A stretch of DNA of 63,513 nt, the filler included, from Sanchytrium tribonematis (lineage: Eukaryota): the NCBI GenBank assembly GCA_018985235.1. It is 30 parts of 30 records of this genome, joined end to end, with 100 filler letters (N's around TTAATTAATTAA, not from the genome) between each part and the next. Parts side by side here need not be neighbours in the genome. Positions count along the whole stretch, not along the records: positions 53,562 to 54,587 come from JADGIG010001454.1; positions 54,688 to 55,709 come from JADGIG010001455.1; positions 55,810 to 56,829 come from JADGIG010001456.1; positions 56,930 to 57,947 come from JADGIG010001457.1; positions 58,048 to 59,065 come from JADGIG010001458.1; positions 59,166 to 60,181 come from JADGIG010001459.1; positions 60,282 to 61,294 come from JADGIG010001460.1; positions 61,395 to 62,404 come from JADGIG010001461.1; 22 more parts are not named here. One strand, 5' to 3'. Under the pieces are notes generated by a model. It made no database searches and was not told the origin of the DNA. It saw only the letters and a list, made by a program, of their open reading frames with translations. The position numbers and the translations under genes were made by a program. Each line of letters begins with the position of its first letter. Positions within the stretch are counted from its first letter, which is position 1. Of this stretch, positions 54,466 through 63,513 are shown in pieces.

Positions 54466-54687
54466 TTTAGGACAAAGAGAAATTAAATTTTTGAAACGTA
54501 TTTCTCATAATGCGTGACTTAGAGACTGTGTGCTACAGTAATTCCACGCTATTAGATAGTGGAGAGTGTGATTGTGAAGTGGGATTTNNNNNNNNNNNNN
54601 NNNNNNNNNNNNNNNNNNNNNNNNNNNNNNNTTAATTAATTAANNNNNNNNNNNNNNNNNNNNNNNNNNNNNNNNNNNNNNNNNNNN

Positions 54688-55709
54688 CTATAATTAATAT
54701 TATCGCAAAGCTCCTTCATCATCTGCTTATCTTTAAATTCTTTTGGTACAGGTTCCAATGTAATGGTGCTGTACAAAAGTCTGTGTACAATAACGTCTGC
54801 ATATCGTCTTATAGGCGACGTAAAATGAGTGTATATTGGGCAACTAAGTCCATAATGCATAAATCCATCATATGATGAATTTCCAGAACTAAAATATTTC
54901 GCTTGGTACATACAACGTGTTACTAAATTATTACAGATTACCTAAAATTCTTGCCAATGTGTTGAAATACTTATCATTGGGTACATTTAAATTATCAAGA
55001 GAGTCCGCCAATGCTTTCGAGGTTTTTGGATCTACCTGAAAACCAAATTTTTTCAAGGATTGTTGCACTTGCGTAAAATTTTCTTCAGGAGGTTTAGGAT
55101 GACACCGTAGCAGGGCAAAAGATGGAAAATAATTATAAATTCGTTCTGCTACAGTAATATTGGCTAAAAGCATAAATTCTTCCACTAACTGATTTGCTTC
55201 TTTCAATTCTTTCATTTCAAGATCAACAGGATCCTGTGCGTCATTTTCCAGTTTAAATCGAACCTCAGGACTGGCCAGCGTTAAGGCTCCATTCTCAATA
55301 CGTCGCTGTCTAAGTTTTCTCGCAACTCTATTTAGCATCATTAAAGAGCATGTCAAAGGGTCACTCGAATATTTAGTATCAAGGCGTTCCTGTGCCTGGT
55401 CATAAGTAAAAGAAGCAGCGGATTTAATAATTGACTTGCAAAAATCAACTTTGTATATTTCTAGTGTATCAGGATTAACTTCCCAAATAACACTAAAAGC
55501 CAATCGTAAAACATCGGATTTTAAAGAACAAATATTACTACCCAAGACTCCCGGAAACATATCTATACGTCTGTCCACTAGATAAACTGTTGTTCCTCTT
55601 TGAGATGCCTCAACATCGGCAAGAGAGAGATGTTTCACAAAATGAGATACATCAGCAATATGAACTCCAACCTGATATCGGTTTTCTGCAAGTTTTACAC
55701 AATGCAGTG
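54688..55709 (-). CDS. DIS3: Exosome RNase Dis3/Rrp44 (RNB fragment) with one 19-nt intron
   Basis: [56 protein letters not shown]; the two track ORFs join after splicing. Confidence 0.95.
54923..54941 (-). other. 19-nt spliceosomal intron (predicted)
   Basis: GTAATCTGTAATAATTTAG; removal gives [16 protein letters not shown]. Confidence 0.88.
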
Positions 55710-56012
55710 NNNNNNNNNNNNNNNNNNNNNNNNNNNNNNNNNNNNNNNNNNNNTTAATTAATTAANNNNNNNNNNNNNNNNNNNNNNNNNNNNNNNNNNN
55801 NNNNNNNNNTGCTATGAAAAGTCACACTCCTGTTAAATCTACAAAATTATTAAAATTATAAAATATATTCTAAAATCCACTTCAAATGCCAGCATCTTTT
55901 TCATACTGAACACTGCTACATGCATTGGTTCACCAGTGGTGAAATTTTTGCTTCAACTGTGGTATTGATATTCCTATGTAAACTTGTGGCTTGAAACATT
56001 GAAAATTTTTAA

Positions 56013-56669
56013 ATGAACAAAAACCAAAAAACAAAAATTGATCCAGTTCGAGTCGAAGAAACCTTCCAATGGATGGAAGAAGTGCTTGGAGAGAAGCTTG
56101 AGCATGACCTTCAATCCACTTTGAAAGATGGAATCGTACTTTTAAAGCTAATGTCAAAGATCACTGGAAATGAATACAAAATTGAAAAATCTAGCCTTGC
56201 CTTTAAACAAATGGAAAATATAACTCGGTTTTTAAACGAGGCCAAGAAAGTTGGCGTACCAGACATGGAAATATTTGTCACTTTAGATTTATATGAGGCA
56301 AAAAATTTAAACAAAGTCATTGAGTGTATTGGTTCTTTAGCCAGAAATGCCCACCAAAAAGGATATTCAGTGCCGCTGTTGGGTCCTAAATTAGCAGATG
56401 CCAATGTTCGCCATTTTAGCGATGAAAAATTGCGTGAAGGTCGCGCTGTTTCCAGCTTTCTAACAAGTAATGAGAGAAGTGCTCAATACGCTATGGAAAG
56501 GGCTGGTGGTGAGTTGATACCTCAACCCCATATGCCTCGACAAGTTGCAGATCAAAGGGTCGATAAACCTGTTAGCTCCGAAATGTCGCAATTAACAAAC
56601 ATGCACGGCCCTCAGCAAGATGCTGGAGCTTTTGGAAAAAGAAGGGAAATTGGTGGAGAGTATAAATAA
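56013..56669 (+). CDS. Calponin/transgelin-like CH-domain protein
   Basis: LKDGIVLLKL, FKQMENI..FL, FVTLDLYE. Confidence 0.9.
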   Translation: MNKNQKTKIDPVRVEETFQWMEEVLGEKLEHDLQSTLKDGIVLLKLMSKITGNEYKIEKSSLAFKQMENITRFLNEAKKVGVPDMEIFVTLDLYEAKNLNKVIECIGSLARNAHQKGYSVPLLGPKLADANVRHFSDEKLREGRAVSSFLTSNERSAQYAMERAGGELIPQPHMPRQVADQRVDKPVSSEMSQLTNMHGPQQDAGAFGKRREIGGEYK

Positions 56670-56673
56670 ATAT

Positions 56674-56829
56674 TTAATTTTTGTCTCTAATTATTTTTCT
56701 TAATTCATTGGCAGCAACTTCTAATAGTTCCACTCTATCTTGAGCATCGATCTGGCTTTTCACTTTAGTATTCTCGCCGATTAAATCTCTTGAGATATTT
56801 CTGTATTTAGAAAATACTCGGTCCTCAAG
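56674..56829 (-). CDS. Protein C-terminus (5'-partial)
   Basis: Open frame LEDRVFSKY...LRKIIRDKN* ending 4 nt from the calponin stop; not in the ORF track. Confidence 0.45.
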   Translation of the reverse strand, partial: LEDRVFSKYRNISRDLIGENTKVKSQIDAQDRVELLEVAANELRKIIRDKN

Positions 56830-56929
56830 NNNNNNNNNNNNNNNNNNNNNNNNNNNNNNNNNNNNNNNNNNNNTTAATTAATTAANNNNNNNNNNNNNNN
56901 NNNNNNNNNNNNNNNNNNNNNNNNNNNNN

Positions 56930-57947
56930 CATATGGATCTTTATATTAACAGATTAAATGAATATGAGGATTGGACTATAATCCAATACTTTCGAACATT
57001 TGAGAAAGTATCAAAATCAAGCAGCAAATACTTCTTGATAGACAAACTTGGAATCAAATGGAAAAAGAGAAAATACATAGCTGTTATGAGAATCTATCCA
57101 TTTTATACTGAGTACAATGCCGATAAGTATTACAAGCAAAAGTGTCTAGAGTGTTTTAATTACAGAGATCCACACAATTTTTTAAAATCTATCAGCGATT
57201 ATAGAGATTATTTTAACAAAAATTTGCTGGGTGAAGATTTCGATTAACCGCTTGAACTGGGTAGACAAGACGCCGAAATGGAGATAGGGGTTCTAAACAC
57301 TATCGGAGCGTCGAATTTAGAGCTTGAATAAATCGAAAATATGTACTTTCTTAAATCTAACACAAATAGTGTTCAGGTACGATCACTAAATTACTCGCAA
57401 TATTCTATTTACAATAACATAATTAACACTGACGATAGATTTCACATTATATTTGGCGGTCCCGGTACCGGTAAGTCCTACTTAATACGAGCTTTAAACT
57501 CTGCAGCGTCTGTTTTGGGTCTTAAATTATCTATCACCGCAAGTACAGGAGTCGCATCATACTTGATTAATGGTACGACCGTTCACTCTCGGTTGCGTCT
57601 ACGTTGGTTTGAAAATAAGAGTGAATGGCAAAGTCTTATTTTTGAGAACTGCCCCGATAGTACTGACTCACCATTTGATATTTTGATCATTGATGAATTT
57701 TCAATGATTGATTTGGAACTATTTAAAAAAATCCTAGAGATAATGAGGCACAAGACTTATAAAAATACAAAGCTGCTGATTTTGGAGGCCCACAGCAGCT
57801 GCCACCAGTTTCTGGATATTGCTTTTATTCGTCAACAGCGTTCGATTTCTTTAAACGACACGAGCTCACTGTAAATCAAAGAGCAAAAGAGGACACAGAA
57901 CTAACGAGGGTAGTGTCAAATTTTTATAACACAAAGATACCAGAAAA
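56930..57947 (+). mobile_element. Degenerate Helitron-type PIF1 helicase fragment
   Basis: GGPGTGKS, ASTGVA, TVHS, IIDEFSM; frameshift before QQLPPV; stops at 57245 and near 57328. Confidence 0.75.
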
Positions 57948-58047
57948 NNNNNNNNNNNNNNNNNNNNNNNNNNNNNNNNNNNNNNNNNNNNTTAATTAAT
58001 TAANNNNNNNNNNNNNNNNNNNNNNNNNNNNNNNNNNNNNNNNNNNN

Positions 58048-59065
58048 GAAAGATCCATGGATTTTGCCGTCTTAAATTTAGAAACCCATTTAGGCATTGG
58101 AACTTCCGGCAAAGGATTTGGGATATTTTGTAAAATGGCTGGAATGCTTATGATTTTGAGAAGAACACTTGAAAAACGTTCAAAATAGTAATCCCAATCC
58201 AAAATGTTTTTAAGCTCAAAGGATGTGTCGTTTTCATTTAACCAACGTTGTAACCAGTAAATTTTAGTTTGCTCGTCTCCTTGAAAAATTTGGAGTGGGA
58301 TGGCTCTTTCAGCGACAGGGGTGTTAGACGGAAATTTGGAGATGATGAAGGTACAAGCTAAACTTGAACCACCAGTTACTTCTTTTCCCAAAACTTGCTC
58401 TAGCCTTTTTGCAGTAGTTATGGCAGTTGATTTCTGGTTACCATACTCAGCAAGAGACTTGGAAAGGCTCTTGTATTCTGAAAGCAATTCAAAAATTTGA
58501 AGATCAGTCACGTTCTCGCCTTTGCTGGTTAGAATATTCAAAAATTTCCTAGACTTCATTGATACATGATCGTAGCAAGATTTCAGGTCCACTCCGTTCA
58601 AGAATTCTTTAAAAATAATTTCTTGAAAAGTTTTTATGATTTTCAATTCGCCTCTTCTTTTGATTTCAAAGCCTTTAAGTTCTGTGATACGGTCATCTTC
58701 GTCAATCACAACATATCGTTTTTTTAACAGCCGATCTTCGTCAGTGCTTGCGGGTAAAAGCATTAATTTATATGGGCCGTCTACCTCGAAAAAGATAGAA
58801 TTTTCTGCTTTAACTTCATAAGAGTGTTTGTTAATCAAAGTCTGGTATTGATTGTTGGTAAAATTCTTATAAACTTTATAGTTCAAGATACAGCATGGGT
58901 AACTAATTTTCACATCTTTCCCGTTTTTCATTTTTAAAGATACAAATTCTGGGAATCTCTTTGGCAAAATACACCAAATTCCATCTGTATCAAGCTCTAA
59001 ACTAAAACCGATATCGTCTACGACGGATCTAGCAGTTTGAATAATTTTACTGCCAGTCCAGCAAA
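58048..59065 (-). CDS. POL2: DNA polymerase epsilon catalytic subunit (fragment)
   Basis: LELDTDGIWC, FFEVDGPY, ELKGFEIKRRGEL, ILDWDYY. Confidence 0.96.
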
Positions 59066-59165
59066 NNNNNNNNNNNNNNNNNNNNNNNNNNNNNNNNNNN
59101 NNNNNNNNNTTAATTAATTAANNNNNNNNNNNNNNNNNNNNNNNNNNNNNNNNNNNNNNNNNNNN

Positions 59166-59864
59166 TTATCTATCAAACACATATATCTACCAGACTCCAT
59201 TGATGATGCATTCAGGATGTTATGGCAATTGTGATTGCGTCATCCAATACACGTGCCTTTTAGGAATACCAATCAGAAGCGTAAAAATTTGCAATTTTTG
59301 AAATCATAGGGGATGATTGGTATTTGATAACAAATTCTCTCGCCATATCTAAAAGAATGGCAAATCATGGCAATAGATAGAGAGATTCCCTACCCAATTT
59401 GCAATAGAAATAAATGGCAAATTGTTGGATGATGTCATTTAGATGATCCAAAGTCAACCACGTGAATCACATGGCATCATTTGCAACATCATCACGACAT
59501 TGGTAGTGATGACACATCGATTGATACATTGAGTGACCAGAAATGATGTGAATGGACTGCAGATGATAAATGACAGTCCGTATTATCCAAATAAATGACA
59601 TGCGATATATAATTTATTGATTCTTTTCATCTACTTCACCAGATTGATATGAATATACTAGAATGAGTGCCATGGTTAAGAATCCAATGACATTAATAAA
59701 AAATGCCAATTGACTATCAGAAATGGGGGACATGTTTTAAAAAATAAAATGGCAAATTGTGAATATGACTTCATCTGGTAGTCATTTACACATACTTCAT
59801 GCTTGTTTGCATCTTAATACATGCAATCAATCGAGTCTGGTAGATATATGTGTTTGTCAGATAA
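59166..59864. mobile_element. MITE-like element of about 700 bp
   Basis: 39-bp inverted repeats 59166-59204 and 59826-59864 (36/39 match) around noncoding DNA. Confidence 0.7.
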
Positions 59865-59946
59865 ATGAGAGTCTTCTCACATCCATCACCGAAATAATAT
59901 CAAGTCATTTCTCCATGTTTGGAATTCCAAAATAACAAAAAAGAGC

Positions 59947-60181
59947 ATGTCCGTCAAGATAAAAGATGATGAACTGGTGGCATTCATTAAAAGAAGCATT
60001 CGTGAAAAAGGGCCAATGTCATTCAATGATATTTGCACTCTAGAGGTCAGGCCAGGTGTGAAGGTCTTTCAAATTAAGCAGAAAATAGGTACTTACTTGA
60101 AATCTAGAGAAGAATTCAGGGTTACAGGCAGCCAAAATAATCAGAAAGTCAAATTGGCTGGTGTCTCTCGATCTGAAATCG
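59947..60181 (+). CDS. Hypothetical protein (3'-partial)
   Basis: ATG-initiated frame open to contig edge. Confidence 0.4.
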
Positions 60182-60281
60182 NNNNNNNNNNNNNNNNNNN
60201 NNNNNNNNNNNNNNNNNNNNNNNNNTTAATTAATTAANNNNNNNNNNNNNNNNNNNNNNNNNNNNNNNNNNNNNNNNNNNN

Positions 60282-60447
60282 GGGACATGCAAAGTCTCTT
60301 TTCAATGGTCTTGTTAAATTTGGAATCTGTTTTTCGTCCCAAGTATGCATACAACTGATGAAGTAGTTTCAAATATGGATTTTTGCTGACTGGAGCAGAT
60401 CTTCCAGCTTTTTTTTGATGTTGCTTAAATGGTAAATCAACAGCCAT
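60282..60447 (-). CDS. RPL18: 60S ribosomal protein eL18 (3'-partial)
   Basis: MAVDL...RSAPVSKNPYLKLL..LYAYLGRKTDSKFN..IEKRLCMS. Confidence 0.93.
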
Positions 60448-60480
60448 TAGAATAAGAAATTGAAATCTGCAATTTTTATC

Positions 60481-60512
60481 TTTCACGTGCTTCGCAAATT
60501 CAGAGCCTATCA
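60481..60512 (-). promoter_or_regulatory. E-box plus CCAAT-like box in the RPL18/BolA bidirectional promoter
   Basis: Minus strand TGATAGGCTC (60512-60503) and CACGTGAAA (60489-60481). Confidence 0.55.
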
Positions 60513-60529
60513 TTTTCTCCCGGTTTGTG

Positions 60530-60754
60530 ATGCAAAAGCAAATTATTGAGAAGTTGACACAAGCATTAAAGCCTACGCAATTAATTGTCCGCGATACTTC
60601 AGGTGGGTGTGGGAGTTTTTTCAACATAGAAATTAAGTCTAAACAATTCAATAAAATGAAAGCAATTGATGCACAAAAACTGGTGTATTCTACACTTAAA
60701 GACGAAATGAAGTCAGTTCACGGCGTAACATTGGCAACCATTAAAGATAACTAA
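60530..60754 (+). CDS. BolA-family protein (BolA3-like)
   Basis: VRDTSGGCGSFF...F...Q..V...L.....HG. Confidence 0.9.
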   Translation: MQKQIIEKLTQALKPTQLIVRDTSGGCGSFFNIEIKSKQFNKMKAIDAQKLVYSTLKDEMKSVHGVTLATIKDN

Positions 60755-60978
60755 TAATTTATGAAAATGCATAATAAATTTTGAGACGTACCAAAGTTTC
60801 GCCTGCCTGAAAAAATCTTGCACCATTTACTTTTAAGGCAACTTTAAGTTTCAAACAAAGTAAATTCGACCAAGCTATTAGGAAGCAATTTTCGGGTCCC
60901 GTCTTATAGCTAAGCTAGTTTGTTGATTAAACAAAGTTTTTTGGCAAAATTGGAGTTCTTGAAACGCGGAATATCAAA

Positions 60979-61294
60979 ATGCAAAGAAAGAACATTGCAG
61001 AAAGAGACAGCCAAATACACGAGGAAATATTAAGAAATTATTCGTATAATGGAATACACGAACTACTTTCATCTGTGAAACAGGAAGTTGTCAAATCGGA
61101 AGACATCGAGGGCTATGAAGAAGATTTAAATGCCGTTAGATTAAAGCTATTATCTAAGCAAAATGTTCGAATTCCTGAATCAACTAAAATCGAAAATATC
61201 CCCTTTTTAACTAGTGAGTTTTTCGACGTTTTTTCGTTTCTGCGGTGTTGGCATCCTTACAGAAAATCACCGATTGAGGTACATAATCTATTTT
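60979..61294 (+). CDS. Hypothetical protein (3'-partial)
   Basis: ATG-initiated frame open to contig edge. Confidence 0.4.
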
Positions 61295-61394
61295 NNNNNN
61301 NNNNNNNNNNNNNNNNNNNNNNNNNNNNNNNNNNNNNNTTAATTAATTAANNNNNNNNNNNNNNNNNNNNNNNNNNNNNNNNNNNNNNNNNNNN

Positions 61395-61945
61395 CAATTT
61401 TGAGGCATTGCCATTGCAATTTGATTGTTATTCAAAATCAATTCAACTAATTGAGTGCATGATGTAAAATCTGTTTGAATCGTGGCTAATTGGTTGTACT
61501 GCATGGAAAATCTGATAATTTGGGAATTTAAATTTGGTAAACTACCAGAGATTTGATTGTGGTCCGCATAAAAGAGTGACAACGAGTTGGGGAATCTATC
61601 TATTGTTCCACTGAGTAGATTGTTGGATAAATAGATATTCTGTAGGGTATTCGGAAGTCCAGAAACACTTCCAGTAATTTGGTTGTTTGAAATGTCCAAA
61701 GTGACCAGATTGGGTGGCAACTTGGACCCGTCAAATACTCCAGTAAGTCCCAGACCACCCCATTGAATAGATGTAATGGTATTGGATGAACAAACAACAC
61801 CAGAAACAGTACCAGTACAGCAGTTTGATTGGATTTGATTGTAAATGGAAGATTGAGATTGCTGTAATCCGAGAGATGTAGCAAAATCAAGTAGTTTAGT
61901 ACAATCTTGTACCACTGCAAATGATTGAATCGCAAGCAGTAGCAT
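61395..61945 (-). CDS. Secreted LRR protein (3'-partial)
   Basis: MLLLAIQSFA, QDC...NCC...VVC cap, LRRs. Confidence 0.85.
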
Positions 61946-62142
61946 GTTAGAGTCAAAAAAGAGACATCAGCAGCTTATAACTTGATTTTGTGATAGTTGA
62001 TTTGTCAACTAATCAGAATATTTTAAATTGGCTATCAATTGGCTTCAACTGCCATTTGTACGTGTCAGATTTGAATTGACTTTGATTTATGGAGTTGACT
62101 CTCGTTTCAGGGTCAAATTTAAAATCTGGTTTGAATCAAAAA

Positions 62143-62404
62143 ATGCAGAAATTGAGTAAAAATGAATTATTGCAGAAAATGTTTGGTAAAATCAGTATAG
62201 ATACTCATCCTATGACTAGACAAGAGATTATTCAACTCCAAAATGATTTTGATGAAGAAATATTGAGAAGTGGTGCCAAATTAGTGGGATATTGCCCAAT
62301 TAGAAGATCATTATATGATGATTTCTTTTTAGAATTGATTAGACAATCTACTATTGAATGTCAAGAAAGAGGATTATTATTATTGAGAATTAAAGATGAA
62401 TTAA
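62143..62404 (+). CDS. DNALI1: Axonemal dynein light intermediate chain p28 (3'-partial)
   Basis: PMTRQEII.L...GYCPIRRSLY..FF.ELIRQ.TIEC.ERGLLLLRIKDE. Confidence 0.88.
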
Positions 62405-62504
62405 NNNNNNNNNNNNNNNNNNNNNNNNNNNNNNNNNNNNNNNNNNNNTTAATTAATTAANNNNNNNNNNNNNNNNNNNNNNNNNNNNNNNNNNNNNNNN
62501 NNNN

Positions 62505-63513
62505 TGACGGCAAATATTAAGGTGGTCTTCTTGTTTCTAGATTTATGCGCCAGCAAGTTTCTACTTACCAATTGCTTCATTGATTTCTTCTCAAAGGGAA
62601 TTATAAACAAAATATCTAGAATCATATTTTGAACGAAATGCTCAAAGTTAGTAGAGAGAATTGTTAGTCCGCACAACATCATAACTAGAATTATAAAAAA
62701 TATGTCAAACATAAGTACAATATCTCCACCAACTAATGCCACCGGTAATAAGTAATAAACAGAAAAGCCTACACCGACACAAATCATGCCGCCAATTACT
62801 TGATAAATGGGCACCTTACCGCTTTTACTTCTCTCGATTTGCACCTTGACAGGTTTGAAACTACTTTGCCTTTGGTCTAAAGCATCGTGAATATTATAAC
62901 TAAGGGCCTTTCTAACAGGAATTATACTTGCAAAAATAGGAATAAAAAATCCTAATATAAATGCAATTAACACACCTCTTCCACTAATCTTTACCTGAAG
63001 CGCCACTTCTAAAAGCTGATTTAAATACTGTCCAACAAAAATGAAGGCAATTTGGGACGCCAGCAGCCCAAAACAGACCCCAGGGATGGAGTAGGACAGA
63101 CCTTGGAAGATGAGCGTCATGTAAACATTGACCTTCTTGAATCCTATCATTCGCTGAATACCAGTTTCGAAAACTTTAGTTTCTACACTCACCATCAGTA
63201 AAGAATATATTAGAAATATTGATATACTGCCTAAAACAACCACAACTAAACTCAAAAGTAAATTGAGCATGGAAATGAAAAACCTCTGATCTTGTAAATA
63301 AACTAACAATGGTGTGCTTACAAAAGATTCGTCATATCCTAATATTTCTCGAACTCTAGAGGCCCAAGGATTAATTGTATTTGCAATTGCATCGTAGCTG
63401 GAACTTGAGTAACAATATTCTCTGTCTTTATCACACGGAACCACAAGTTCTAATGAATATTGATCCAATTGAGACTCGTGACTGAGAAATAAACTTTTGA
63501 ACTCTTCAGATAT
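62505..63513 (-). CDS. FtsX/MacB-like permease-domain membrane protein (fragment)
   Basis: LIYSLLMVSVETKVFETGIQRMIG; multiple TM helices; RNLLAHKSRNKKT. Confidence 0.8.

Noticed and set aside
60448..60651. N-terminal extension of RPL18 in the ORF track
   Set aside because: It is the antisense of BolA plus the shared promoter; eL18 similarity starts at ATG 60447.
1057..62504. Regularly spaced identical TTAATTAATTAA repeats, about every 1.1 kb
   Set aside because: Always centred in 88 Ns; an artificial six-frame-stop linker, not a biological repeat or CRISPR array. It also creates the false ...XXXLIN ORF ends.

Overview
This window is not contiguous DNA. It holds 30 contigs (two of about 15.8 kb, the rest about 1.0-1.06 kb in descending size) joined by 29 artificial 100-nt linkers (N44-TTAATTAATTAA-N44), so neighbours across linkers mean nothing. 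The content is a gene-dense, AT-rich, almost intron-free eukaryote using the standard code. It is most likely an early-diverging fungus with flagellar genes (Pho81-type SPX-ANK, GT69/CAP59, Sec66, Bzz1-like, plus DNALI1 and ZMYND10); this taxonomy is inference. Housekeeping genes are mixed with secreted LRR proteins and TE debris (Gypsy, LINE, Helitron, MITE). Highlights: (1) two independent 19-nt GT-AG introns, both with A at -6, one of which restores the conserved Dis3 frame; (2) a fragment resembling bacterial Abi/DRT anti-phage reverse transcriptases; (3) five paralogous flavoprotein-like genes with signal-peptide-like starts, three packed 15-27 nt apart behind a conserved AGGAGTA motif; (4) an MLKL-like four-helix-bundle/non-RD kinase/pseudokinase/Sel1 protein and a Crinkler-like NTPase-REase. 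All family calls come from motif recognition by eye; no searches were run.
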